Shown: positions 50,091 through 64,000 of the stretch, piece after piece | How the letters are laid out: each line of letters opens with the position of its first letter | How positions within the stretch are numbered: position 1 is the stretch's first letter | Source of the DNA: Octopus sinensis | Lineage: Eukaryota | Length of the DNA stretch: 64,000 bases | NCBI RefSeq assembly: GCF_006345805.1 | Contig: NC_043013.1 | Coordinates: 34,844,001 to 34,908,000 of the forward strand | Reading direction: 5' to 3' | Program-made: the position numbers and the translations under genes | Notes under the pieces: model-generated | Databases searched by the model: none | The model's input: the letters and a program-made list of their open reading frames with translations, nothing else | Told to the model about the DNA's origin: nothing

Positions 50091-50261
50091 AAAACATGCT
50101 TCAAACAACACAATCATGCCTGTGCCTATATATACACATATGCATGTGAGATTCAGAGATCAAGGTGTAGGAAGAAAGTTAGCTTCAAGCAATCCATAGT
50201 AAATATAAAAAAACAACTGTCTGGGACAATAGTGGTTGTAGATTTTTGTTCATATCTCCTA

Positions 50262-50331
50262 GCATAGCCTTGGACCGATCAAAGCCTTGTGAGTGGATTT
50301 GGTAGATGGAAACTGAAAGAGACTCCTTTTA

Positions 50332-50378
<47 letters not shown>

Positions 50379-50572
50379 TTGTGTGCCTATGTCTGTCCCT
50401 CCAGAATCGCTTGACAACTAATGTTGGTGTGTTTACATCCCTGTACCTTAGCAATTCAACAAAAGACACTGATAGAATTAGTACTAGACTTACAAGGGGT
50501 TGATTTGTTCAACTAAAAGGAGTGCTCCAGCTTGGGCATAGTCAGATGACTCAAACAAGTAAAGGAATAAAA
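50262..50572 (+). mobile_element. SINE family A, 5'-truncated
   Basis: Body from ctagcatagccttggaccg to the tail. Confidence 0.85.
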
Positions 50573-50777
50573 GACTGTACATGTATATTCCATCTTCTGT
50601 CTTTCATTTGTTATTTATATATATATATATATATACATGTCTCTCTCTATATATATATACATATATATGTGTATATATATTCATACATATATATGTATAT
50701 ATGTATGTGTAAGCATATATATATTATATATATATATATATTTATGTGTATAAGTATATATATATATATGTACATAA

Positions 50778-50848
<71 letters not shown>

Positions 50849-51615
50849 TTGGCATACAAATATATATGCATGTATACATACATACATACATATATAAATA
50901 GCTACATACATACATATATATATATTATATATATAATTTTTCTCTCACTCTCATACATATGTGTGTGTGTGTATGTGTGTGCTAATATGTACATATGTAT
51001 CCCTCCCACAGAAGGTGGATACATACACTGGACAGTGTGTGGGGAGAAGTGTAATTTCCCTAGCAACAGACAGCAGGCAGAGTAGGCAAAGATTTGTCAT
51101 ACAGAACAATAAAGACAAAGTAAAAGAGATCTAGTGAAGAAAGTGTGACAAATATAGATATAGAAAGAGAGGAGCTAGTCAAAGCTGTACATTCACACAT
51201 AGATGTAATAACTTAGAGAACGATTCCAAATATAAGTAATATTGCTTTCAAGGGACACTACTCTGCTGTTTTATCTATCTTTGACCTCTGACTGTATCTG
51301 AAAGCATTCATTGCTCTTCCCGTATATCAGTTGTGGAGTTTGCCACTGTGCTAAAATAATTCAGAGCATTTTTGGATTTTGTTCTTGTAGTTGTTTTATT
51401 TTTTGTTGCTTTTTTTTTTATTGTCGGTGGATATGAATTTTTACATGTATGTATATGTGTATACGTGTGTGTGTGTGTGTGGTATGTGTGTGTGTGTGTA
51501 TTTATAGAGATAGATTGATATATAGATAGTTAGATAGAGAGAGAGAGATAGACAGATACACATAGACATATATGCATATATATATAAATTTTAATCTATC
51601 ACTTTGTATATACAT

Positions 51616-51658
<43 letters not shown>

Positions 51659-52389
51659 ATCATCATCATCATCATCATTTAACGTCATATATATATGTAT
51701 ATTTATAAATTTATACACACACATACATATATATATATATAACATACACACATATATATATATAACTGAGTACATATCAATATATATATATATATATATA
51801 TATATACATGTGTGTGTTTGTGCGCATATGTATATGTGTATGTATATATATATATAGATATTTAAATATATATATACATACATACACACATACATATATA
51901 CATATATATATGCATATATGTATGTATAAGCATATATATATATGTGTATGTATGTATGTATATGTATATAAATATATATATACATACACACGCATATGTA
52001 CATATATATTTCACATATATGTGTATAAATATATAGTAAAATCTATTTATTTATACTAGGTTATATATACATATACACAGAGAGCAATGAGTATTGATAT
52101 GGATAATTCTTCATGTATTTGTGTGTGCGTGTGTGTGTGTGTGTCTGTGAGTGCGTAAGTAGGCTGATATGCAGGGATATAATAATAGGGAGGTGGAGAG
52201 AGATACACGGTTTCTTTCACATGGTGAACTGTTGTGTTTGCAATTAAAATTTTTGTATTTGTAAGAATACGATACAAAGAAACCCTTTACGGTTGTTTTA
52301 CAAATGCTCATTGTCAGCTTGTGCTCATAACGGATGGGTGAGAGATTCCATTGTGAATTAGTATAATGTAAATTATTCAATTAATGAAT

Positions 52390-52456
52390 CATAGCAACAA
52401 CAACAACAACAAAACAATAATAATAATAATTATAATAATATCAATAACAATGATGT

Positions 52457-52495
<39 letters not shown>

Positions 52496-52654
52496 GGATG
52501 ATAAAATAATAATAATAATAATAATAATAATATAATAATAATATAATAATAATAGTAATAATAATTATTATGTACAATACAATGATGATGATGAATGATG
52601 ATAATTGATGATAATAATAATATATATAATAATAATATAATAAAAAATATGATG

Positions 52655-52702
<48 letters not shown>

Positions 52703-52745
52703 TAGTAATAATAATAATAATACTGCATAATAATAATAAGAATAA
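52390..52745. repeat. Compound (AAT)n/(GAT)n array
   Basis: Direct inspection. Confidence 0.95.
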
Positions 52746-53073
52746 TTCTGGTAATTGTAGAGTTTAGAATATCAATTTAGAAAATATATTAACTTTTACC
52801 CTATCTTAATAATATATTAACAAAGCAATATTTGATTAAAAAGATAATTTATTGGTGAATTTAGAAATTTTTATTTATAATCTATAGTTACATAATAGTT
52901 CAGTGAAATATCTGTAAAAGTTTTAGGCAGCTTGCTATTTCATATATACATTTACATACACACACAGACACACACTCATACACACATTGATAGATAAATT
53001 TATATTCATATACATATTCATGCTTATAATTGCATATATATATATACATACATACACATCTCTTTCTCTCCCC

Positions 53074-53110
<37 letters not shown>

Positions 53111-53394
53111 ATATGTATATATATACATATATATACACACACACACATATATATAAATTGTTATTTATCCAAACAAGTAGTTGCATAGTTGGAATAAATG
53201 AAGTTGAAAAAGCATAAAAAATACATCAATATTTATTTAAATTGCAATACACACACACACACTCAGAGACACACACACATACACACATACATACATACAC
53301 ACACTAAACTGGCTTCACATTTGTTGATTTTCAAAAGTGTACATTACGGGGAATGTGGAACTATGATTTTAAAACTACCTCTCTTCTGGTACCA

Positions 53395-53530
53395 ACATCA
53401 TCATCATCATTTAACATCCATTTTCCATGCTGTCATGGGTTGGACGGTTTAACATCAGCTGGTAAGGCTGGAAACCCTACTGTGTTTCATTGCCTGATTT
53501 GGTATGGTTTCCATAGCTGGATTCCCTTCC
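53395..53530 (-). mobile_element. 5'-truncated RTE 3' UTR copy
   Basis: catcatttaacatcca tail; gctggattcccttcctaac. Confidence 0.8.
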
Positions 53531-53534
53531 TAAC

Positions 53535-53700
53535 ACATTTTATTGTGTCTGGGGAGAATCATTTTCTTTTAGTGCCTTATTACTTAACACACTCACAGGT
53601 GTGATTTCCACTCATTCACTAATTTTTCTTTTCTAAAATTTTTGTTGCATCTTGCAACCTTTACAAAAGTCATTGAACAACTATTGAAAAGGCTGCAAGA
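53535..53700. mobile_element. Head-to-head pLTR-type repeat (U3-A8 family) running into the assembly gap
   Basis: Same family as 19100-19278; minus motif TTGTAAA g gttgc aagat gcaac AAAA; plus motif cta TTGAAAA g gctgcaaga is cut by the N run. Confidence 0.65.
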
Positions 53701-53800
53701 NNNNNNNNNNNNNNNNNNNNNNNNNNNNNNNNNNNNNNNNNNNNNNNNNNNNNNNNNNNNNNNNNNNNNNNNNNNNNNNNNNNNNNNNNNNNNNNNNNNN
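53701..53800. other. Assembly gap (100 N)
   Basis: Run of n. Confidence 1.
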
Positions 53801-53900
53801 AATTCTGCCAAGGTCGATGTTGTCTTTCATCCTTTCGGAGTCGATAAATTAAGTACCAGTTGCATACTGGGGTTGATCTAATTGACTAGCCCCTTCCCAT
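53801..53900 (+). mobile_element. SINE family B fragment
   Basis: ccaaggtcga...catcctttcggagtcgataaattaagtacc. Confidence 0.85.
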
Positions 53901-53901
53901 A

Positions 53902-54308
53902 GGCACAGGTGTGGCTGTGTGCTAAGTAGCTTGCTAACCAACAACATGTTTCCAGGTTCAGTCCTACTGTGTGGCACCTTGGGCAAGTGTCTTCTACTAT
54001 AGCCTCAGGCTGACCAAAGCCTTGTGAGTGGATTTGGTAGATGGAAACTGAAAGAAACCCGTCGTCTATATGTGTGTGTATGTGTGCATGTGTTTGTGTG
54101 TCCGTGTCTGTCCCCCACCATCCACCATCCCTTGACAACTGATGCTGGCGTGCCTACGTCCCTGTAACTTAGTGGTTCAGCAAAAGAGACCGACAGAATA
54201 AGTACTAGGCTTACAAAGAATAAGTCCTGGGGTCAATTTGCTCGACTAAAGGCAGTGCTCCAGCATGGCCACAGTCAAATGACTGAAACAAGTAAAAGAA
54301 TAAAAGAG
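53902..54308 (+). mobile_element. SINE family A
   Basis: Full copy. Confidence 0.92.
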
Positions 54309-54829
54309 TACTCAGCACCAAACAAGTGCCAAATTTGGTAGACTCCATTAGTCCATTATATAGAATTGCCCATCATATTTGTTTTGGATTTCTGAACACT
54401 CAGTTTCAATGACCTGGTTTAGATCCAGGATAAGTCTATCAAAATTATGCCAGCCTGAATACATGTTGTTTGAGGGAGTAGGGAGTCATTTGAGAGTCAC
54501 TTGACTGCTATTTGAAGCACATCAAGTAAAAATAAAAGGGTTCAATCATTGGATTATTGAGAGCCATTTGGCTGCTATTGGTAACAGGTCAGGAGACACA
54601 ATTCCAGGTTCTTGCATTGGTTTGATCCTAAACAGTAAAAGATAAAGAATTTTTTTTAAATGACACATCACCAGAGAGAAATTGGAAATGTGACAGCCAT
54701 TTTTCAATGCTCAAATTAGTTTAAGTCCATGTACGAGGGCATATCTATGTAAATATGTGTATATGTGAATAAATTGATATATTATATATATATAAAAACG
54801 AACATAACTATATTTATATACATAATCAC

Positions 54830-54845
54830 ACAGCTATGTATAAAT

Positions 54846-54876
<31 letters not shown>

Positions 54877-55400
54877 TTGTAGATATATGCATGTTTGTAT
54901 GTATGTATGTGTATATATATGCTATATATATGTATATATATTATATATATATATATTTGTAGATAATGCATGTTTGTATGTATGTATGTGTATATATATG
55001 TATATATATTTATATATATATATTTATAGATATATGCATGTTTGATGTATGTATGTGTATTATATGTATATATATTTATATATATATATTTATAGATATA
55101 TGAATGTTTTTGTATGTATGTATGTGTATATATAGTATATATATTTATATATATATATTTGTAGATATATGCATGTTTGTATGTATGTATGTGTATATAT
55201 ATGTAATATATTTATTATATATTATTATAGATATATGCATGTTTGTATGTATGGTGTGTATATATATGTATATATATTTATAATATATATTTGTAGATAT
55301 ATGCATGTTGTATGTATGTATGTATATATATATGTATTATATATTATAATATATATATATTATAGATATATGCATGTGTATGTATGTAGGTTGTATATAT
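54830..55400 (+). repeat. Eight-copy about 65-80-bp AT-rich minisatellite
   Basis: Anchor tagatatatgcatg repeated from about 54880 to 55365. Confidence 0.85.
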
Positions 55401-55714
55401 ATATATATGTATATATTTATATATATATGTGCATGTATACACGTTTGTGTGCATCATATATATATACATGTGTGCTTAAGTGTTCATATCCAGGCATGTT
55501 TATATCTCTTATCGTTGTGTCTTTGTGTTCTAATTTGTTTTTCTCTTTGTGTACATACCTACTAAACTGTCTATTTGAGTTATAAATGCTGTTAACAAAT
55601 TCAAATTATTACCATATTTTTTCAGCCACAGATAAATAATATTTATGTAACTATGTGTATACGAAAACATGAATAGTGTGTGTGTGAGTGTTCGCAGGAG
55701 TGTGTGCATAAACT

Positions 55715-55760
<46 letters not shown>

Positions 55761-56429
55761 CTCACACGCAAATGCATGAATATATGTGTAATATATGTAT
55801 ATATTACTTATATGTATGGGTTTTATACACACACACACATACATGCACACACACATACACATATATATATATGTATGTATTATACATATATATGTGCATA
55901 TATGAAGAAAAACAGAAAGACAGATGATGTTCATGTATGCATGAATCTGTGTTTATATGCATATATGTATGTATATATGTGTATATGTAAATATGCAAGC
56001 ACATACATTATGATGATCATGATGAATAATGACATACAAACACACACACACACACACACACATCTATATAGATAGAAAGAAAGATAGATATATATATAGA
56101 TAGATAGACAAATAGATAGATAAATGTGGACATAAACATTCATACATATAAAGAAATATACAGAACAGATTGACATAACATATATGAACAGAGCACTGTA
56201 GGGACCCATGAACGCATAGGTGCATGTATGCTGCAATGTGCTCATATATGCATACACGAGCACCATACGTGACTGTCAGTCTGCTGACTTATAGACCGTA
56301 AGACTCCTTCTTTAGTTCTAATTCATCTTTTAGTTTTAGATGTGTTTTTAATTTTTAAATTTGATTTATTAATTTGCACAGTTTCATATTTGTATGATGT
56401 ACGTTATAAATGTATATATACATACATAT

Positions 56430-56461
<32 letters not shown>

Positions 56462-56495
56462 GTATACATACATACATACATAGAAATATATTTAC

Positions 56496-56527
<32 letters not shown>

Positions 56528-56930
56528 ATATATATAATATACATATACATATTATATATATATACACTGTGTATGATATATATACACACACTCATGTCAT
56601 ATATATATATATGTGTATAATATATATATATGTATATAATATATGTGTATGTATATATATAATATAGATATACACTCACACATATACACATACACACACA
56701 CCACACACATGTGTACGATAAGTGTGTGTGTGTGTGTGTGTAAATATATTTTTTGTCTCAATAATTTAGAAGTTCTTTTTCTTCTCCAAATTATATTTTA
56801 ATTTATTTAAGCTTTTTTCCTCCCTTCTTTCTTACATCTCCCTCCAATTCTTTCATTCCCTCACTGGCTTTCTCAAAGTCTTTCTTTTGCTGTACATTTA
56901 GAATTTAGGGCCTATATATATATATACATA

Positions 56931-56986
<56 letters not shown>

Positions 56987-57176
56987 TTTTCTTTCAACTT
57001 GAGGCTACTATTAAAATTATAATCAAATTTTGAAAATATAAACACGAAATTGAATTGCAGAAATATATTTGGAAATGAAAATTAATTGTTGTAACTATAT
57101 ATCTGAAATAAAATTCTATGTACATGACTAGCAACAGCGACTAGAACAACAACTACAACAAAATATCAAACAGTAA

Positions 57177-57257
<81 letters not shown>

Positions 57258-57694
57258 ATTAAAATAAATTATAATGCAGTAGAAAACGTTTTTTTCTTTA
57301 AAATTCATCAGGAATTTTCTGGGTATAAATCATGTATGTGATTCTTTTATTTTTTTATTCAATATATACATGTGTGTGTGTGTATTATATATATATGTAT
57401 ATGTATATATATGAATATATATTTGTGTGCATATATAATATATATATATATATATATGTGTGTGTATGTATATATATATATAATCATTTATAAGTTGTAC
57501 ATACATGTGTATTAATGTGTGTGCATGCATATATATGTTTGTGTGTGTGTATGTGTGTGTGTGTGTGTGTGTGTGTTTCTTTTGAAAGATTCTTGTATAA
57601 AATTGATTGCACATTTCTTTCCATGGCTCTTTTTCTCATGCCATACACATACAGCTCTGTACAGTTTTATATATATGTTAATATATACATGTTA

Positions 57695-57734
<40 letters not shown>

Positions 57735-57919
57735 TTTTATACACATATAAGTGTATACATATATACATACATACACATATTTTTATACACATATAAGTGT
57801 ATACATATATACATACATACACACACACACATACATATATATTATCTTTTCAAATGCTCATTGGAAAAAAATTAAGACACTGTTTTTTTTATTTGTCTTG
57901 TTTAGAAGTGAATACTATG

Positions 57920-57987
57920 ATTTAATAATAATAATGTTGATTATGATGATGATGTAGTTGTTTACAATGATTTTGATGATGATGATA

Positions 57988-58019
<32 letters not shown>

Positions 58020-58114
58020 GAAGATGATCATGATGATCATGATGATGATGATAAGGAGAACGGACGTTAAACGACGAATGTTGATTATGATGATGATGTA
58101 GTTGTTTACAATGA

Positions 58115-58152
<38 letters not shown>

Positions 58153-58300
58153 GATGATGATGAAGAAGATGATCATGATGATCATGATGATGATGATAAT
58201 GAAGATGATGATGACGACGATAACACTGATGCTGCTGATGATGATGGTGTTTGTGGTGGTGGTGGTGGTGGTGGTGATGGTAGTGGTGGGGAATGATGTA
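57920..58300. repeat. (GAT)n array with a about 145-bp internal duplication
   Basis: atgttgattatgatgatgatgtagttgtttacaatgattttg at about 57933 and 58078; RTE tail piece cggacgttaaacg at about 58062. Confidence 0.85.
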
Positions 58301-59379
58301 ATGGCAAGTGGGTGGGATGGGTATCGCAACGTAATGTAAGTAGTGATGAAAAATGAATTAATAAATAAGGAGTATGTGGGAGGGTGGTGTAAAAAAAGGG
58401 GTTTATATTAAATAAATAATTAAATAAATAAATAAAAATCACTCGTATACATTTCTTTGCCATTATAATACAATTTCTAGCATTAATTTCATATTTTGAA
58501 TAAATAGGTAGATGTGTAAATACTCATATGTGTGTGTGTGCGTGTGTGTGTATGCACACACACACACACATATGCATGTATGTAATGAGAATTCGGTAAT
58601 AATTATATAAAAATTTCTGCAAACCAATTTATAATTGGTTCAAAAATATTCCTGTTTTTAAATGTTTTTAAACTGTGTTGAACCATTTACACACATTTGA
58701 AGCAAGGTTTGCTCACTTAGATATGAAATTAAAGTCTTTTCATTGTAAATATGTGTATGTAATCCAAACACACATACATATATAGATACACATACATAGC
58801 CCCTTATACACACAGACACTGGCATTTAGCCATACATACATGCATACATACATGTATGCACACAAGCACACATATATTCAACATCATGCGATTCTAAAAT
58901 AAACAAACAAAAAAACAGATTGTGGGGATCACATTTTGAAAGAATTGCTCTGATGGTGAAGTTGTGATGGTGATAATATGTGAAGCCCCATATAGGTAGG
59001 ATTCCATGGCACTTTAAGCTTCCCAGAAAAATATCTTTAATATGAGATTCATTGTATCAGGAAATGGGAAAATGGGTTACATTGTGACAGATAAACACAG
59101 GGACCATCATCAATGCCTGATTGGTTTTCACAAAGTTTAATCAATTTTTGTTTTTGTTTTTGTACCAATTAATTGCCTTGTGTCAGAGTTTTATGACAGA
59201 CTAACAAATGCAATTTCCTGTTTCTTTGCACTTCCCTCATACACACAGACATCAGTTTTACCTGCATGCCAGCAGTTTTCATACCATTCCTCATTTCATA
59301 ATGAAGATGTGAAACTTTTTAGGATTCCATACGATATAAGAATTGCACTTCATAAAATGCAGTTTGCAAAATTTATTTA

Positions 59380-59832
59380 GGCGTAGGAGTGGCTGTGTGG
59401 TAAGTAGCTTGCTTACCAACCACATGGTTCCGGGTTCAGTCCCACTGCATGGCATCTTGGGCAAGTGTCTTCTACTATAGTCTCAAGCCAACCAAAGCCT
59501 TGTGAGCAGATTTGGTAGAAGGAAACTGAAAGAAGCCTGTTGTATATATGTATATATATGTGTGTATATGTGTATATATATACATGTATATACATATATG
59601 TATGTATGTGTGTGTATATGTTTGTGTGTCTGTGTTTGTCCCTCCAACATCACTTAACAACCGATGCTGGTGTGTTTACATCCCCGTAACTTAGAAGTTC
59701 AGCAAAAGAGATCGATACAGTAAGTACTAGGCTTACAAAGAATAGGTCCTGGGGGCAATTTGCTTGACTAAAGGTGGTGCTCCAGCATGGCCACAGTCAA
59801 ATGACTAAAACAAGTAAAAGAGAGTAAAGGGT
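59380..59832 (+). mobile_element. SINE family A
   Basis: Full copy. Confidence 0.92.
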
Positions 59833-60363
59833 AAAAGACTTAGTTTCACCCTTTCTTTATACAATAATGAAGTTTCCAAGATAGCACTCAGTGACGTCTG
59901 TAACCTTGCTTGTGTATCTGTTTCTGAACAATAACACCTCAATCGTTTCTGTATATAGTCATCTGGCTTCCATTTTCGAATGGGAGAAGCGGGAAATCTA
60001 CAAGACATGGGCTTGATCACATTGTTAGTTAACAGTCTACAGTAGACCTCATTCCTGTCATGACAAATTTCATGCTTCTATCACATTCAGAAGGGAAATT
60101 ATTTTAGAGCATTTGGTTAAAGGTTTGATAACTGGTGAAATATTTCATTCATTATTGTTCAAAAAGCTTTTATTTTCATTTTACTTCTCCTTCTGCCACT
60201 CAATCACTAACTCCCTGTTCTCAATTGACAACTTATTGTATCAGTATAACATGGCCATGACAGATAATAAAAACATATCACAAATTATTATTACATGATT
60301 TAGATATCTTATTCCTCACTTAGTTCCGGCATATAATCAAATGATCACTGATACATAATCCTG

Positions 60364-60750
60364 TGTGGTGACCCCTTTCGGTCATGAATGACCATGGGAT
60401 TGCACCTAGAAAGTTACCCTCCGAGGCACAAGTCTGGGCAAGGTTGTTTATGGAAGACCGGCAGTCACCCATGCATACCAGCCTCCCCTCTCCATGCCAC
60501 CAGTGTTATCCAAGGGAAAGGCAAAGGGGCCAATACAGCTTGGCACCAGTGACGTAGCAACTCCTTTATTAACATGCAAGTGGCAGAGCACTTCACAGAC
60601 ACATGTACCCTTAACGTAGTTCTCGGGATAGGTTCAGCGTGACACAGTATGACAAGGCTGGCCCTTTGAAATACAGGTACAACAGAAACAGGAAGAAAGA
60701 CTGAGAGAAAGTTGTGGTGAAAGAGTACAGCAGGGTTCACCACCACCCCC
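60364..60750 (-). mobile_element. Composite of a SINE-like 3' piece (60364-60570) and a SINE D body piece (60570-60750)
   Basis: The second part aligns by eye with 30965-31150; the first part is GC-rich and repeat-like but unassigned. Confidence 0.65.
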
Positions 60751-60927
60751 TGCTGGAGCGTCATGAAGTGGCTGTGTAGTAAGTAGCTTGCTTCCCATCC
60801 ACATTGTTCCAGGTTCAGTCTCACTGTGTAGCAAGTTTCTTCTATTATAGCCTCAGGCCAACCGAAGCTTTGTGAGTGGATTTGGTAGATGGAAACTGAA
60901 AGAAGCCTGTTATATATATATATATAT

Positions 60928-61497
60928 ATAGTTACATTGGATAATAACAGAATTAATGTTATCTTTGCAAATTAATTTTTCATAAATTATTTTTCTCGTG
61001 AATTGTTTGCCCCTGTATTGAAGTTATTTTCACACTGGTGGCTGCCTTGATTTCTGCTCAAAATGAATCAGTTGCAACATAGACTTCAAAACGACAGGTT
61101 TGGAGTCTCTATCATGGTAACACATACTGAGGAAGCAAGGGCTATTTTTGCCTGTGACGAAACAGGTCCACGTGAGTCCAAATACTTAATTGTACGTTAA
61201 AAGATTGTTTTAACCTCATTTGCCTTCGGTTGATTTCTATAGTTATCATTAGTGTATTCTGCCGATTTAAATAAGGGTTTTGACTGTTATTTCCAGCAGG
61301 TTGACATACTTAGTATGACCTTTGATTAATTTTGATCCTTCAGCTATCTAATGCGTTTTGGGGAGCCTGCAATCGCCTATATTATTGATTCTGTTAGTAT
61401 CATTTTTAAAATAGTTACATTGGATAACATAATTAATATCTTTGCAAATTAAATTTTCATGAATTATTTTCCTCGTGAATTGTTTACCCCCATATTG
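60928..61497 (+). mobile_element. Direct-repeat-bounded element with a central hammerhead motif
   Basis: About 90-bp direct repeats at 60928-61020 and 61411-61497; cacata CTGAGGA a gcaagggc tattttt gcctgtgac GAAA cag gTC cacgtg at 61121-61174. Confidence 0.6.
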
Positions 61498-61499
61498 TG

Positions 61500-61577
61500 A
61501 GCCTGGTGCAGCCTCCATAGCTTACCAAACCCCGGTCGAACCGTCCAACCCATGCTAGCATGGAAAACGGATGTTAA

Positions 61578-61620
<43 letters not shown>
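61500..61620 (+). mobile_element. 5'-truncated RTE 3' UTR copy
   Basis: ccgtccaacccatgctagcatggaaaacggatgttaaatgatgatg. Confidence 0.9.
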
Positions 61621-61621
<1 letters not shown>

Positions 61622-63369
61622 ATATATGTGTGTGTGTGTGTGTATATATATTTATATGTATGTATATACATACATATGTATATGTTTGTGTGTCTGTGTT
61701 TGTACCCCCCCCCCACCACCACCATCGCTTGACAACTGATGTTGGCATGTCTATGTCCCTGTAAATTAGTGGTTCGGCAAAAGGGACCGATGGAATAAGT
61801 ACTAGTCTTACAAAGAATAAGTCATGGAGTCGATTTGCTCGACTAAAGACAGTGCTCCAGCATGACAGCAGTCAAATGACGGAATCAAATAAAAGAATGT
61901 CACTGCTTGCTGTCTTAAAAATATCAAATATACACTGGGTAATTCTACCCTTGAAATCTCTACAATGACTAGTTTACCCAGCTATGATTAACAAGTAAAG
62001 CTCTATCATCTCACATCTTACTGTCTCAAAAATATCAAATACATATTAGAAAACTTTGTTCCAGAAATCCCTAAAATCAGCTGGATGGTAACAACTGGAA
62101 TGAATACTCCCAATCATATGTTTTCCCTATCAGAGATGACTAAGTGTGGCACACATGAAGGGTTCCCAGTGCCTTTGGGATGAAGACACTTTTGGTGCCC
62201 TTACATCGATCAAGAAGGCATGATAGTTCAGGTGAAATTCTGCACCTCTTCACACCTGTGGCCGAGGAGACTGGAGGGAAGACATTTTTGATATGCATTC
62301 ACTGTTTCTTTCTCTACCTCTGATTGGACCAAACAACTATACAGAAAACAACAACAATTAGCTGTAATTTATCTCTTCAAGACAGCAAACTTCAAAATAT
62401 AAGATCCGAGAAAAAAGAAACAAAATTAAAAGAACAACAACAACATAAACAAGAATATGTACAATGACTTCAACGGCAACTAGGATTACTTTCTTGTCCT
62501 TAGAAACACTTCAGCTGACCCCTAATGTCTCAGGCTCACATCAAAACCCCTACTAAATGTGGTTTCTTGCTGAACTCTGACAAGTGTGTCGTTCTCTTGG
62601 TCTCTATAAAGCATGAATTAAAATTAGGAACACCAAAGTATTTAACACACTAAAAACAGATGTGGTGAAGCAAAAGAGGGAGAGAAGAAACAGAATAACA
62701 CAAAGACCACGCACGAGAGAGAGAGAGAGACAGAGACAGACAGACAGAGACAGAGAGAGAGAGACAGAGACAGACAGACAGAGAGAGTGCAAAAGTAAGA
62801 TAGAGAAAGAGAGAGACAGACAGACAGAGAGAGTGCAAAAGTAAGATAGAGAAAGAGAGAGCAAATACAAAAGTAGAGAGTGTAGAAGAGAAAATGAATG
62901 ATTAAAAAAAAGGGGGGGTAGATAAAGAGAAGGCAAGGAGCATATAAAATATATTCAGAGTTGAGTTTGTCGGCAGAAATTATAGGGATAACTGATATGT
63001 TGAGAGTGTTTATTTATTTTATGAATGCAGACTTTGTTTTTGGTGAGGCTGTGAAAGATGCATATAAATGAGATGAAAGAAGGAGTTATGTTTTGGGTCA
63101 CAGGTGCAAGTGAAACTACAGAGAGCAAATAAAACTACAAGGGGTCAGGTTTCTAGTGCAAAGTAACAAAATAGGGACAAATTTAACAAAAAAACAAAAA
63201 CAAATTTAACTTTAAAATATGCAATTTCAGTTAAATATGTGTGCATGCTTGTATAAATTTACAGTTACATATATGTATGTGTAACTATACTGGTGCATTT
63301 GTTTGTATGCATGTATTTACTTATACATTCATACATAGATGCATACATACGTACATAAGTATATATATG

Positions 63370-63451
<82 letters not shown>

Positions 63452-63633
63452 TGCATGTATGTACGTATACATAAATGTATGTATGTATGTATGTATGCAT
63501 GCATGCATGTATATGTGGACACACTGATACACAGAAAGGTGGATAGTATAATATAAACATAGATTTGAACACAGGTATTCATATGCATGAAGGTGTACAC
63601 ATATACATACAGGTGTATTTAAATGTGTATATA

Positions 63634-63677
<44 letters not shown>

Positions 63678-63739
63678 CACATACACACATATATACATAA
63701 ATACATATGCACAGATGTGTGTGTGTGTATGCATACTTA

Positions 63740-63945
63740 AAGGCAACAGAATTGTTAGCACACCACGCAAAATACTGAGTGGTATTTCACCTGTCTTTAC
63801 TTCCTAAGGTCAAATTCCACCGAGGGTGACTTTACCTTTCACCTTTTTGATGTCGATCAAATAAGTACCAGTTGAGTACAGGGGTCAATGTAATCAACTC
63901 ATCCTTTCTCCCAAATTACTGGCTTTATACCAAAATTTTAAATCA
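63740..63945 (+). mobile_element. SINE family B, alternative tail
   Basis: gttagcacacc...ggtcaaattccaccgagggtgactttacctttcacc. Confidence 0.8.
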
Positions 63946-64000
63946 AGATATGCGTACATATCACTTAGCGGTTCGGCAAAAGAGACCGATAGAATAAGTA

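Larger units (their letters stand above)
60757..61898 (+). mobile_element. SINE family A split at its internal (TA)n by about 700 bp of nested insertions
   Basis: Head half 60757-60930; tail half about 61620-61898. Confidence 0.8.

Overview
AT-rich, microsatellite-saturated animal genomic DNA. The SINE families and repeat style suggest an octopus (inference, not verified). It reads as intronic or intergenic: no host protein-coding gene could be established, and almost all listed ORFs are microsatellite translation artefacts. Recognisable content: many tRNA-derived SINEs of at least three families; a nearly full-length frameshifted RTE LINE (35915-39985, minus) with a PHD-like finger inside the RT and a dimeric minisatellite in its 3' UTR; many truncated copies of that 3' UTR; R4/Dong-like, CR1-like and RTE remnants; two internally deleted mariners; a split hAT; and a 100-N gap. 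The main hidden signal is six apparently unrelated short repeat families that each carry a minimal type I hammerhead ribozyme fold of the kind known from Penelope-like element pseudo-LTRs. Four are fold-backs, one is direct-repeat-bounded and one occurs as solo copies. Together they show three Watson-Crick states of the core 3-8 pair: C3-G8 (CUGANGA), G3-C8 (GUGAACA) and U3-A8 (UUGAAAA). All folds were done by eye, and activity is untested. Repeat boundaries are approximate unless a TSD or TIR is cited.
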